Shown one piece after another: positions 13,226 through 25,631 of a stretch of DNA of 64,000 nucleotides (within the stretch, counting starts at the first letter, position 1; each line of letters begins with the position of its first letter). This stretch comes from Mobula hypostoma (taxonomy: Eukaryota). Location of the stretch: contig NC_086118.1 of NCBI RefSeq assembly GCF_963921235.1, positions 17,486,001 through 17,550,000 of the forward strand. The letters run 5' to 3'. Made by a program: the position numbers and the translations under genes. The notes beneath the pieces are model-generated. The model did no database searches, had not been told where the DNA came from, and saw only the letters and a list, made by a program, of their open reading frames with translations.

Positions 13226-14289
13226 AGGACAGAGCAAAGCTAAATGAACAGGTATCAATGATACCTGTCCCCTCAGGCCAATACAAGTGAGTTCTGTCCT
13301 GGACTTGGTGAGAATTCTAGCAACGGAGTCGGGTATCAGAACTCCAACTCAGTGCTGCAGTGAACAAGTGCAGAGGCTGGGAATGTGCCAACTTCTGCAC
13401 TGTTTCTGGGGCTTGCTTTGGCTCTCTGTTGGCTGTAGAGCATCACAAACATACCAAAGGTTTGTGGAACAGTTTGTACCACAATGTGATTGCACAAACA
13501 TAAAGGACTCAGGCAGTCAGTGAGAGGTGAAAATCTCAGCCATGGGTCAGGATGAAATTAAACTTTGGAAAGTTACACAGTGCATTAGAGCAAACTTTTT
13601 AATTAGAAGTAAATTATACCGACTGCTGCAACTGCTGAGAATTACTATAAATATACTACGTTGACATTGGAAAACCCTGGCTCCAATCCCTAGTCACTGA
13701 GGACTTAGTTTAATTTCATTGGTTGCTTAGAAGTTCTCAGTGTGTTTGCATTAAACAGAAAAAAAAAATCATCCATCGTTCCCACCTGGATAATTCTGTG
13801 ATGTGGGCAGGTTGAATTTATCTACTCCCATGGCAAAGCTGCTTGTGTCCAGACAACTGCACTCAGTATATCTGCACTTCTAAAAATTAATTTTAAAAGT
13901 TGTATCTGTTTGGCACAGGAGGATAAATAAATCATTGTTGACCCAATTCTGGACCCTGGCTTTTCAAGATAGGTGCTGTGTTGTGGTTCTCGGGAGACTC
14001 AGGAGTAATTAGACTTCTTTGGGATGATGTTGGTGGCTTATTTCAGACCATATTAAATTTTCACATCCACTTATATAATGTTCTATAAGCTCGATAGAGA
14101 TTGTGCATTGCTTTTTTATTCACTGAATTGCTGGCAGATTATGTTCACATTTCCCACAATTGCTTGGATGGTTCAGAATGGATGTTAAATGTGGAAATCT
14201 AAAAGAACATCTTAATCTGTGACTGTAAGTTTTGCGTAGATTTCATCCAAAGGGCATGAGACGTTCAGATGAGTTTTGCGTTTACAGTA

Positions 14290-14885
14290 TTTTAAATGAT
14301 ACTGCAGAGATTCATATAAAGTGTGAATCTCAGAGCCGCATCTGGAGTAATGCAGACATTTCTGCTCACCCCAATATGGGAAGGACGTTGAGGCTTTGGA
14401 GAGGGTGCAGAAGAGGTTTACCAAGATGTTGCCTGGAGTAGAGGGCATGTGCTGTAACGAGAGGGTGGACAAACTTGAGTTATTTTCTCTGGAACAGCAG
14501 AGTCTGAGGAGAGATCTGATAGAGGTTTATAAGATTATGAGAAGCTTATGTAAGAGAAGACAGGCAATATCTTTTTCCCAGGGTTGAAATGTCTAAAACC
14601 GGAAGGCATGCATTTAAAGTGAAAGGGGGTAATATTAACAGAGGTGTGAGGGGCAATCGGTTTACACAAGGGTGCCCAAATTATGCTGCCTGGGTGGCAG
14701 CAAAGGCAGAAACATTATGGACTTTTAAGAGACATTTAGACAGACATTTGAATGAGAGGAAGGATAAATACATGGTGTAGACAGAAGAGATTAGTTACGC
14801 TACCCATTTGATTACCAAGTTAATTGCTTCAGCACAACACTGTGCGCTGAAAGGCCTGATTCTGTGCTGTACTGTTCTATGTTTT
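14290..14885 (+). mobile_element. CR1 3' fragment
   Basis: LERVQKRFTKMLPG..LELFSLE..RDLIEVYKIM, ending in a gttctatgtt tail. Confidence 0.85.
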
Positions 14886-16289
14886 AAAATTCTTGAAAGT
14901 TGAGCAGCCCATGTTAAGTGCGAAGCTCCAGTTTTCTAAGTAGGTGCAAAAGTTTCAGAAGCAAAGACAAACTCTGTTTTCCCATGCTGAAAACAGCTAG
15001 TGGCTTTATGAATATGTATAGTAACTGAAATACATCTCATGGAAATGTTTGTTTGATGATGAAATTCAAGAAAAAATAAATTACAAAAAAAGCAAAGATT
15101 AGCATCAGTTCAGTGTCTTGCATTCCCTTTGAATACGTCGTCTGCAGAACACCCTATATAGTTAATCCAGAAAAAGACTTTAATCCAGCAACAGGAAGGG
15201 TCATCGTGTTTGTTCTTGGGCATTAAAAAAATCTTCACTAAATTATATTACAGACAAAAGATAACATAATCTTCCCTATAGGTAAATGACAGATTTTAAT
15301 GTACTTTGCATGAAATATCTGTCAAAAACTTTTTCTGCCAGAATCATGTTGAAGGTTTATTTCTATCATTCAGAGAAGGGAATATGCTATCTTTACACAG
15401 CGTAGACTCCCGACTCAGTGATGTGGCTGACTTGTAATTGCCCTTTGAAATGGCCAAGCCAGTCATTCAGTTCAGGGGAAGTTAATCATATCTGTATCCC
15501 TGGATAAGAAAACAGCTAGAGCAAAGAGCTGAACTGTGCTCACCTCTAGCTATTGATTCCATCAAGCACCATCAGCCACATCCTGCATGCAGATCAGCAT
15601 ACCCTTGTCTTCGACAGCACTGAAAAAAATTGAAGGCCAAGATGAGCTGTCAACCAGCTCAGCTGAGTTTTCATTCTGCAGTGGGTGTGGAGGTGGAGCA
15701 CTGATCCGCCGAGCTTTCCACCAGCCTCTTCTGGCATATCCAACTGTTTGAGTGGGATTGTTGACCTTGAGTAAAATACAAATACATGTAAAATAATTTC
15801 ATTTTAATTTTATTGAATTTAATCTTTCCGATGATACAAATTATGTGAGATACTTAAAAAGATTTCAAAAAGTTATAGTGTTTTCAGAGGGCTCCAATAC
15901 TTCTCAGAAGAACCAAATAATTATACTTGAATTTCCTTTGTTTAAGTTTAAAGACACAAACTCGTTGGACTAGTTTCATAAACAGAGGGACATGTTCTGC
16001 TCTGGAACACTGGTACGTATTTGTTTCCAATTTGCCTGTCCAAACATAAAATGACATAACTAAACAAGCAAACATACAACGTTGTAAGTCAAACCCACCG
16101 TCATCCATCAAAAATGCTAGAAACCTTATGAAGCGTGACATATTATTCCAGAACAACCCACACTTCCTCCATAATATCATGGGAGAGGAAAACAAAAGAA
16201 GAAACTAAAGGCGAAGAAAATATATTCCGGAATATTTCTTTTCATTGCTCTGACTCAGTTAATACCAGTCTATGCCATCACATAGACAC

Positions 16290-16470
16290 GAGCACCTAGT
16301 AGCTGCTTACAGTTCTGGAACCCTGGGTTCAATTCTGACATCCACAGCTGTCCGCGAGGAATCATCACACTTCCCCCTGTGACTACAAGGGTGGTTTAGT
16401 TTGGTAGGTTAATTGGCTGATGTAAATCGCCCCAAGTGTGTGGGTGGATGACAGAATTTAGCAGGGATGT
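16290..16470 (+). mobile_element. Degraded tRNA-derived SINE
   Basis: B box gggttcaattc and shared SINE body ggtaggttaattggc..gtaaatcgccc. Confidence 0.55.
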
Positions 16471-16869
16471 TGACCAACTGGCATGCATGCCCAAGATCGC
16501 ATGCACTGCTGCCCCTCAAGTCTTTAAACCCCACCCACAGTAAACAGATACATGAGGTAATAGTTATCTTTATTGCCATTTGAAGCAGCAAATGACTTTT
16601 TACAACCTGAGAGCAGTGAGGTGTTTTCATAAGGAATGTCTCAAGCCAGCTTTGCTCCAACTGGATGGTTGTGAGAATGTATGGTGTTGGATGATAGGTT
16701 TTGAAATTCTCACAGACTTGTAGTACAGATCAGTATTCGGATTGTAAATAGTTGGGCCCATTGGCATTGGCTTCACTCAGTTTCTAATAGTCATTTGTGA
16801 ATGAACACTCAACATTCAGTGATGATAACAGTAAATAATGTATGTAATTTAATACCTCCATAAGCAAAA

Positions 16870-17646
16870 GAAGATGGCACCAACAAACAACGCTACCACC
16901 AGCGACATCCTCAAGATGGTCCATGAAACTGTTCCCCCATTTCTTTTAGCTCTTCTTTTTCTCCTGTGGTTCTGGTACTGTTGGAACCTGGGATCTCCAG
17001 TTTGATGGTGCGCGTTTGGGCGGACTGAGCAATCTGGCACTTTGCTGTCTCCAAGAGGGTTCCAGGAAGTAAGTGGCCTCCTCAAGACCAAGAAGCTTGG
17101 AGACAGGTCGCGAGCCCATGATCGACTCCATTTCTTGATGGTCTCGCTGATTAAAGCATCAAGGAAGATTGATAACACTGATGTGAATGAAAAGTGTTCA
17201 GTGCCGTCTACCAGCCTCTCACTTGCTGCTGCCTGTGTGAGATGGTCTCTCTTTACCTCCTGCTCTCCGCTCCTGAAGAAAGATGCCTGCATTCGAATGA
17301 TCTCTCTCCCTCAATGCTGTCGGAGGGTGGTGTCGGACCAAGGTTTAATCAACGCGGTTTATGGATTGGACTGTAGTTCACATTATGACGTGCTTTTTTG
17401 GGGCTTTAAACCCAGGCAGCCGGCAGATAATGAACACTGGACAAGGAATGCTTCATTTTTGTGTTTTATATTCTGTGTTTTCACTAGTTCTTTTTGTTGC
17501 TAGTTGTGTGCTTTGTTTCTTGTGCATGGGAGGGAGCTGTTGATGCTTTTTTAGAATGAGTTCCATGGCTTTCTTTGTTTCATTACTGTCTGTGGAGAGA
17601 TGAATCTCAGGGCTGGATACTTTGATATGTACTTTAAATCCTTTGA
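16870..17646 (+). mobile_element. Non-autonomous retroelement with AAGATGGC head
   Basis: Begins aagatggcacc. T-rich 3' region ending gaatctcagggctggatactttga...ctttgaa, similar to Rex/L2-type tails. Confidence 0.55.
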
Positions 17647-18711
17647 ATATTGTTCAAATATTGAATGAGTCATTGTTTTCTGTGATGAACCTGGTCATGT
17701 TTAATTATAGGAGTAGACTTACTAATGAAACCAGTGCTATGTGCGTAGCTCTCAAAACAACCAAATACAAACCGCATGTAAAATATTCGTCATTGTTAGT
17801 GAAGCAACAGAAGTCTCACTGAGAGTAATATGTTTATTTTCCATTCTTTGATCTTTTGAAAATATTTTCCAAAACTTATAATTTCACATTTGCATTTCTT
17901 CTGTTATATATGAGATACATTAACGATTCTATTTTGAAATGATATTATTTTTCAATTCTGTTTTAAAAAATGATTAATATTTATCTTTGAATGGATTTTC
18001 TAAAAAGCTTTATTTATATCAATCTGTCGCTGTTATACTTTTATTAATCCTAAAACAATGAAAAAGCATAAATAAGCAACAGGACTCACCCTTTCTTTCT
18101 TAAAAATACCCTTAGTTATTGTACTAATTCCTTAACAATGATAACCATTGGAGAGAAATTTTTAGAAAATTATCACCAGTTCGAGCACACACCTTTCAAA
18201 ACTGTTCATCAACCCTGATCTAGAGAGTTGATGGTAATGTGGCTAAAATAAAATAGGATTTGTGTAAAGGGAATTTTAATGATCGGTGGACTTGGTAGGG
18301 CAAAGAACCTCCTCCTTCCATGCTACTTGACTATGAATCTGTTTCATATAATTTGAAGTGAACAGAAAGGTTTTCAGTTGCCTCTTGAGCCAAATGGAAA
18401 CTCAAAGGTAAAAATTATGCCTGGAAAATAAAAGAAGTTAATTTAGCCCAATCCATCAAAGGCCTTGGTCACATGTGGACTCCCAAAGCTTCATAAGACA
18501 TTAGGAGGACAATGAAAAAACATGCCGCCATTTTGCCCCTGCTAAAATTATGGTCACATGACATCAAGAGATTCAAAATTTGGAATCTTACCGTCGACCA
18601 ATTAAGGTTAGTGAGCAGATGTAAGTGAGGCATATAGAGTTAAGTGTGATAAAGTGTGACACCATCCACTTCAGGTATGAGGGAAAAATGAGATTAAGGT
18701 AATCTATCAGT

Positions 18712-19145
18712 TGTCGTCGTCGTAGCTATCCCTCGAGGTCGAGGATGATGGTCTTTGTTCTGAAGAATTGGCCCACAGAGTGAAGACGCCTGTGCATGTA
18801 TTTGATTAATGTGTACTTGATGTTGCACTCCAAGAAGCACACAATACTTCACAAATCAACCAACTGATTCCAATGGCATGGAAACCACGACGATTGGAGC
18901 TGATGGATTTGTTGCAGCCTTCATCCGCTTTCACAGCCATTGAGTTCACACTTGATCTTAGCCAAAAGGCCGAGAAGCCTCACCATTGAGGTCTTGGTTG
19001 GATTGTTCTTTGTCAGGGACCTCACTCTTGACCTTACTGCCATGGGTGACCCTACTAGGAGCATAGCTCCAGATGGCATTGCTCTTGGGATCACAGGACC
19101 ACACAAGCTTCTCCACCCCGATAAGGTGACAATCCACAGAGAAGA
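18712..19145 (-). mobile_element. Bipartite RTE-derived non-autonomous element with internal U2 fragment
   Basis: Minus-strand head has RTE 5'UTR-like agggtcacccatggcagtaaggtcaag. The 3' end is catcctcgacctcgagggatagct plus (ACG)n. atcagt occurs on both flanks (possible short TSD). Confidence 0.65.
18948..18978 (-). pseudogene. 3'-truncated U2 snRNA fragment, nt 4-34
   Basis: Reverse complement GCTTCTCGGCCTTTTGGCTAAGATCAAGTGT is identical to the conserved U2 5' end. Confidence 0.9.
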
Positions 19146-19594
19146 TCAGTAGCAAGAGCCAACATGAGCCAGAGAACAGGGATGCTGATTGTGAATTGGG
19201 AGAAGTTCAGTTAGAGGCAGTAAGGTCAGAATAAACTAAAATTAATGGAAGGTAGAGGATATAAAACTGGACAGATGTGTGTTATAGTCCAGTCTGGAAG
19301 ATTGGGTTGATTTATTTTATACATACTTAAGTGGCTGTTGTTGTAGAAGTAATAAGGTGCTGAAAAATGAGAAGACAAGGGAGAGTTATACAAATAGGAA
19401 TGGAAGCCAGGGGTAGGAGACAATGGGAAGTTTTGAAACCTAAGATGAAGGTATCAAAACTGAGTCTTTACCTGACTAAGAGTGCAGTGTAATGAATGAA
19501 TGGGACATATTTATGAATATAAAGGAGCAATAATGGAGAACAAAAGAAATCTTATATAAACTGGAATTACTTTTGTAAAATTAAGAAGCAAGCA

Positions 19595-20725
19595 TTCAAA
19601 GTTCACTGTAAATTTTATTAGCCAGATACATGTTTGTCAACATATACAACCCTGAGATTCATTTTCTTGTGAGCATACTCAGCAAATCTATAGAATAATA
19701 ACTATAAGAAGATCAATGAATGATTAGCCAGTGCAGAAGACAACAAACTGTGCAAATACAAATATAAATAAATAGCAATAAAAAATGAGAATATGAGATA
19801 TTGAGATAAAGAGCCCTTAAAGTGAGATCATTAGTTGTTGGAACATTTCAATGATGATGCAAGTGAGAGTAGTTACCCCCTTTTATTTAAGAGCCTGATG
19901 GTTGAGAGGTAGTAACTGCTCTTGAAACTAGCGTTGTGAGTCCTGAGGCTCTTGCACCTCCTACCTGATGGCAGCAGTGAGAAAAGAACATGACCTAGGT
20001 GGTGGGGTTTTTGTTGGTGGATGCTGCTTTCCTACAGCAGCATTTCATGTAGATGTGCTTGATGGTTGGGAGGGTTTACCCATTTATGTACTGGGCCAAA
20101 TCCACTACTTCTTGTGGGATTTTTTTTGTTCAAAGACATTTGTGTTGTCATACCAGGCCGTGATGCAACCAGTCAATATACCCTTCCACCACGCACCTAC
20201 CGAAGTTTGTCAAAGTTTTAGATGCCATGTCAAGTCCCCACAGACCCTTAAGGAAGTAGAGGCACTGCTGTGCTTTCTGTGCATTTGCACTTGTGTGCTA
20301 GGTCCAGGACAAGAACCAGGGATTTAAAGTTGCAAACCCTCTCCACCTCTAATCCTCCAATGAGAACTGGCTCATGGACCTCTGGTTTCCTTCTCCTGAA
20401 GTCTACCATCACCTCCTTGGTCTTGCTGACATTGAGTGAGAGGTTATTATTGCGACACCACTCAGCCAGATCTTCAATCTCCCTCTTGTATGCTGATTCA
20501 TCATCACCTTTGATTTGGCTCACAACAGTGGTGCCATTAGCAAACTTGGATGTGGCATTGGAGCTCCTCTGAGCTACAGTTATAGGTATAAAGTGCGTGG
20601 AGCAGAGGGCAAAGCACACAGCCCTGTGGTGTACCTGTGCTGATGGAGATTGTATAGGAGATGCTGTTGCCAAGCCGAACTGACTGGGGTCAGCAACAGA
20701 GGAAATCCAGGATCGAATTGCACAA
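19595..20725 (-). mobile_element. Rex1/Babar-type LINE 3' fragment
   Basis: KFANGTTVVSQIKGDDESAYKREIEDLAEWCRNNNLSLNVSKTKEVMVDFRR, plus 3' UTR and tail. Confidence 0.85.
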
Positions 20726-21613
20726 TAATATGTCATTGATAATTTTGTACATATTAGACAGCAGAGGACTTTATATTTTTTTCATTGTCCATCTATGTTA
20801 AAATTTGCTAACCAAGGTTTTCTCAAGAGTTGCCCTCTGCTGATTTCCCAACTGCATTTAATGTTGGATTTCACAAGGAATCAGGCAGCGGAGTGCCACT
20901 CTTCGATTCCCATATAGCTACAGTGCCAAGTGAGTCTATGTGCAGGTTCAGTGAAATTTCAATGGGAGCCAATGGCTGGAAATAGTAATTAGTTTCCGGT
21001 CATTTACCTTTTGTTAGTAAATCAAGTTAATTTAAAAGTCTTTAATTGTTTTCTAATATCTTATTTGTTTTGATGTTTTATTGTTTAATAAATTATATAT
21101 TCTTTACAGTTTGATTAATTTTCAATTGCTTATTAATGTTTTAATGTTTGCAAATATCAGAAACATCTGTAGCATTCAATCAATAATAATTTGACAGCTG
21201 GTTAAGCTTGGGATTTTGGCTTAATGGGCCGTCAAACACTTTTTGGACAATGTTCGATCCCCACTATATGGTGTCAATTATGGCTGGTAATGCAGGATCA
21301 TAGCAAAGATCATGGAGCTGTGTTTGTTAAGGGAGTTTTGGCCAGAAGATCTGCTCCTGGTAGGTGGCCCCTCACAGTTAAGGAGCAGTGAACACAGACA
21401 GCTAGCCCCGCCAGGAAATTCCATCTCATACTGCCTAGAGTTAATTAACTGAAGATAAATAGAGATGATGATCATTTGAAACAACAACATAAATACATGG
21501 AAGACATTCTTCTTCAATCAAAAATAACAAGCGTTATCCGTAAGAAAATTCTTCCACATTAGCTTACTTTGGCATTGAGCAAAGCTGACAGAAAAATAAT
21601 CAGTTTTTATTAT

Positions 21614-21832
21614 CAAAGTTGCTGGTGAACGCAGCAGGCCAAGCAGCATCTATAGGAAGAGGCGCAGTTGACGTTTCAGGCCGAGACCCTTCGTCAGGAA
21701 GTCCTGACGAAGGGTCTCGGCCTGAAACGTCGACTGCGCCTCTTCCTATAGATGCTGCTTGGCCTGCTGCGTTCACCAGCAACTTTGATGTATGTTGCTT
21801 GAATTTCCAGCATCTGCAGAATTCCTGTTGTT
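21614..21832. mobile_element. Palindromic insertion made only of Penelope pLTR sequence
   Basis: 88-bp inverted arms 21612-21699 and 21702-21789 with one mismatch. 14-bp TSD tcagtttttattat at 21600-21613 and 21833-21846. Confidence 0.9.
21700..21735 (+). ncRNA. Minimal type I hammerhead ribozyme motif, GUC triplet
   Basis: agtc-CTGACGA-a-gggt ctcg gcct-GAAA-cg-TC-gact. Stem I is agtc/gact; stem III is the palindrome ACGT. Confidence 0.75.
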
Positions 21833-22701
21833 TCAGTTTTTATTATGTTCATTTTTGAAATGTTCCATCCAATACCAATTATTTCCACTCATCCCTCAAC
21901 CATGTGGTCCATTATCACCCCAGATTTTCAGTTCAGATATTAATCTGCCACCATTTAGAAGCACGCATGCAGAACTCGTTGACTTTATTCCTGCACACAT
22001 GCAGAACTCGTTGACTTTATTAACTTTGCCTCCAACTTTCACCCTGCCCTCAAGTTTACCTGGTCCATTTCCGACACCTCCCTCCCTTTTCTAGATCTTT
22101 CTGTTTCTGTCTCTGGAGACAGCTTATCCACTGATGTCTACTATAAGCCTACTGACTCTCACAGCTATCTGGACTATTCCTCTTCTCACCCTGTCTCTTG
22201 CAAAAACGCCATCCCCTTCTCGCAATTCCTCCGTCTCCGCCACATCTGCTCTCAGGGTGAGGCTTTTCATTCTAGGACGAGGGAGATGTCTTCCTTTTTT
22301 AAAGAAAGGGGCTTCCCTTCCTCCACTATCAACTCTGCTCTTAAACGCATCTCCCCCATTTCACGTACATCTGCTCTCACTCCATCCTCCCACCACCCCA
22401 CTAGGAATAGGGTTCCCCTGGTCCTCACCTACCACCCCACCAGCCTCTGGGTCCAACATATTATTCTCCGTAACTTCCGCCACCTCCAACGGGATCCCAC
22501 CACTAAGCACATCTTTCCCTCCCCACCCCCTCTGCATTCCGCAGGGATCGCTCCCTACGCAACTCCCTTGTCCATTCGTCCCCCCCATCCCTCCCCACTG
22601 ATCTCCCTCCTGGCACTTATCCGTGTAAGCGGAACAAGTGCTACACATGCCCTTACACTTCCTCCCTTACCACCATTCAGGGCCCCAAACAGTCCTTCCA
22701 G

Positions 22702-23019
22702 GTGAGGCATCACTTCACCTGTGAGTCGGCTGGGGTGATATACTGCGTCCGGTGCTCCCGATGTGGCCTTTTATATATTGGCGAGACCCGACGCAGACTG
22801 GGAGACCGCTTTGCTGAACATCTACGCTCTGTCCGCCAGAGAAAGCAGGATCTCCCAGTGGCCACACATTTTAATTCCACATCCCATTCCCATTCTGACA
22901 TATCTATCCTCTACTGTAAAGATGAAGCCACACTCAGGTTGGAGGAACAACACCTTATATTCCGTCTGGGTAGCCTCCAACCTGATGGCATGAACATCGA
23001 CTTCTCTAACTTCCGCTAA
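22702..23019 (+). pseudogene. GIY-YIG endonuclease domain of a Penelope-like element
   Basis: GVIYCVRCSRCGLLYIGETRRRLGDRFAEHLRSV..E..N. Frameshifted relative to the upstream RT. Confidence 0.9.
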
Positions 23020-23314
23020 GGCCCCACCTCCCCCTCGTACCCCATCTGTTACTCATTTTTATGCACACATTCTTTCTCTCACTCTCCTTTTTCTCCCTCT
23101 GTCCCCCTGAATATACCCCTTGCCCATCCTCTGGGTCACCCCCCCCCTTGTCTTTCTTCCCGGACCTCCTGTCCCATGATCCTCTCGTATCCCCTTTTGC
23201 CTATCACCTGTCCAGCTCTCGACTCTATCCCTCCCCCTCCTGTCTTCTCCTATCATTTTGGATCTCCCCCTCCCCCTCCAACTTTCAAATCCCTTACTCA
23301 CTCTTCCTTCAGTT

Positions 23315-23350
23315 AGTCCTGACGAAGGGTCTCGGCCTGAAACGTTGACT
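23315..23350 (+). ncRNA. Minimal hammerhead ribozyme motif, GUU triplet
   Basis: agtcCTGACGAagggtctcggcctGAAAcgTTgact within the pLTR. Confidence 0.65.
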
Positions 23351-23511
23351 GCACCTCTTCCTACAGATGCTGCTTGGCCTGTTGCGTTCACCAGCAACTT
23401 TGATGTATGTTGCTTGAATTTCCAGCATCTGCAGAATTCCTGTTGTTTGTTACCATTTAGAAGCGCCTGCATCCCTGTTAATATTTTGCTTTCAATAAAT
23501 ATCTTGTTATA

Positions 23512-23822
23512 AGGCATCCGTTAGTCTTGCGAGACCATGGATCTATGCCTGGAAAGTCTTCACTCTCCAGGGCGCAGGCTTGGGCAAGGTTGTATGGAAA
23601 ACCAACAGTTGCCCATGCTGCAAGTCTCCCCTCTCTACGACACCAATGGTGTCCAAGGGATGGGCATTAGGAACCATACAACTTGGCACCAGTCTCGTCG
23701 CAGACCAATGTGTGATTAAGTGCCTTGCTCAAGGACACAACACGTTCCCTCGGCTGGTGCTCGAACTCATGACCTTCAGGTAGCTAGTCCAATGCCATAA
23801 CCACTTGGCCACATGCCCACTG
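23512..23822 (-). mobile_element. tRNA-derived SINE
   Basis: Minus-strand head gggcatgtggccaagtggtta..gagttcgagc (A and B boxes), then gtgtccttgagcaaggcacttaa. Near-TSD atctt(g/a)ttata at 23501-23511 and 23823-23833. Confidence 0.85.
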
Positions 23823-24729
23823 ATCTTATTATAGTTTTCTAGTTAAAGTTTCTAAGAATCCTTTTCACCTTTTCCAAGTCACTGAGGGAAGTGATATTCC
23901 TGCAGCTCATCCATGTTGTTCTCGAAGAGTATATTCATTGGCACAGAGCAAGTGATTCAAATGATGATAATCCAAACTAACATGCAACTTACTCTTGAAT
24001 ATCTCAATTCACTGCAGTCAGGGAATTGTCTTAACACAAACTCAGATGCTGCCACAATTACAGATCAAGAACAATGTTGGCATGATTGTATGTAATTTCT
24101 GTAAAATGCCCAAGGCACATTTAATAATAAGGATTGAAGCACTGAAATATCAGTGCAAAGTCTTTCCATTATGTTGTAAATGAATAGCAAAGACTTTATA
24201 AAATGCTTTAATCCATTTAGTGTCATTGTTAAATGTTGACTTTCCAAATAATGCCAGCTGTTCCATGTGATGTAATTCTCTATATAACTGTCACCAAGTC
24301 CTGGACTCCCACACAAGTATTCACAGCTTAGAAGTCTCAAACTTGCTGGCAGATGGTTTCTGGTTTTGTAAATTATGTTCTGCCAAGGGACACGTCACAA
24401 AGATAAGTGGCAGATGTGAACTTCCATTAATTCCCTATTGTTTGAAGTGACCCTGCACCAAGTTTGATCTTGGGCAGCAGCAACCTTTTTAATTGCACAG
24501 GAGAGGAATGGCTGCAAAGGTCCATGGCAAGCAATAAATAACAAGATCTCTTTTTAGTAAATGGTTCTCAAAATTTTAAACTTGTTTTATGGCTTCTTAA
24601 ACTGACCCAGAATTTTTTTTTCATTTTATGGAATATTTCAAAGGTTTTACTAAGTTTTAGTAGTTTCTGAAAAATTTTGTATTCCAAATGTCAAAGAAAT
24701 TCAGAAATATTTATTATTGTTGACAGTCG

Positions 24730-24885
24730 GCTCTGCGAGTGATTTAGTAGTGATGCACATGCTTCAAAATGAAGATCTTCCAGAGTCCTTGCAAAAACAT
24801 CAAATAGCTCTGTGAGTGATTTAGTAGTGATCCAAACTGCTTTAAAATGCAGATCTTCCCGTGTTCAAACAAAAGCATCAACTAT
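24730..24885. repeat. Diverged two-copy tandem duplication, ~78-bp unit
   Basis: gctctg(c/t)gagtgatttagtagtgat...agatcttcc...catcaa occurs twice. Confidence 0.7.
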
Positions 24886-25070
24886 GTTAAGGAAGATCCA
24901 TCCCTAGTTTGAGCTAATTATGATTAATAATGAAGAGCCCATATGAGCATTGAAATACTGACAGCAGCACCAATATCTGGTGTATGTAACCAGAATATGT
25001 TATTAAGTCACTTGTTACAAATGAGATCAATTTATGAATTACCATTTTCTTGTGTTTGGGATCTTGTTGC

Positions 25071-25631
25071 ATCCACGGCCTCCTCTACTGTCATGTCTAT
25101 CCACGACCTGCTGTACTGTCAAGATGAAGCCACACTCAGGTTGGAGGAACAACACCGTATATTCTGTCTGGGTAGCCTCCAACCTGATGGCATAAATATT
25201 GACTTCTCTAACTTCCATTAATGCCCTACCTCCCCTTTGTACCCCATCCCTTATTTATTTATTTATTTATCCCCCCCTCCTTTTTCCTCTCTTTTTTTCT
25301 CCCTCTGACCCTCTCACTATAACTCCTTGCCATCCTCTGGTGCTCCACCCCCCCTTCTTTCTCCCTAGGCCTCCCGTCTCATGATCCTCTCCCTTCTCCG
25401 GCTTCGTATCTCTTTTGCCAATCAACTGTCCAGCTCTTGGCTCCATCCCTCCCCCTCCTGTCTTCTCCTATCATTTTGCATCTCCCCCTCCCCCTCCCAC
25501 TTTCAAATCTCTTACTAGCTCTTCTTTCAGTTAGTCCTGACGAAGGGTCTGAGCCCGAAACGTCGACTGTACCTCTTCCTAGAGATGCTGCCTGGTCTGC
25601 TGCGTTCACCAGCATTTTTTGTGTCTGTTGC
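25071..25631 (+). mobile_element. Penelope-like element 3' fragment, second subfamily
   Basis: LLYCQDEATLRLEEQHRIFCLGSLQPDGINIDFSNF followed by a pLTR. Confidence 0.88.
25533..25568 (+). ncRNA. Minimal hammerhead ribozyme motif, GUC triplet
   Basis: agtc-CTGACGA-a-gggt ctga gccc-GAAA-cg-TC-gact. The stem II variant keeps pairing. Confidence 0.75.

Larger units (their letters stand above)
21963..23451 (+). mobile_element. 5'-truncated Penelope-like element: RT C-terminus, Cys linker, GIY-YIG and pLTR
   Basis: FLDLSV..YYKPTDSHSYLDYSSSHP..SQFLRLR, then CKRNKCYTC and a GIY-YIG domain. 13-bp TSD accatttagaagc at 21950-21962 and 23452-23464. Confidence 0.92.

Noticed and set aside
18948..18978. 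Functional U2 gene, or a Keno/Utopia insertion in U2
   Set aside because: Only 31 nt match. There is no rest of U2 or Sm site, and no Tx1 or Utopia coding sequence adjacent.
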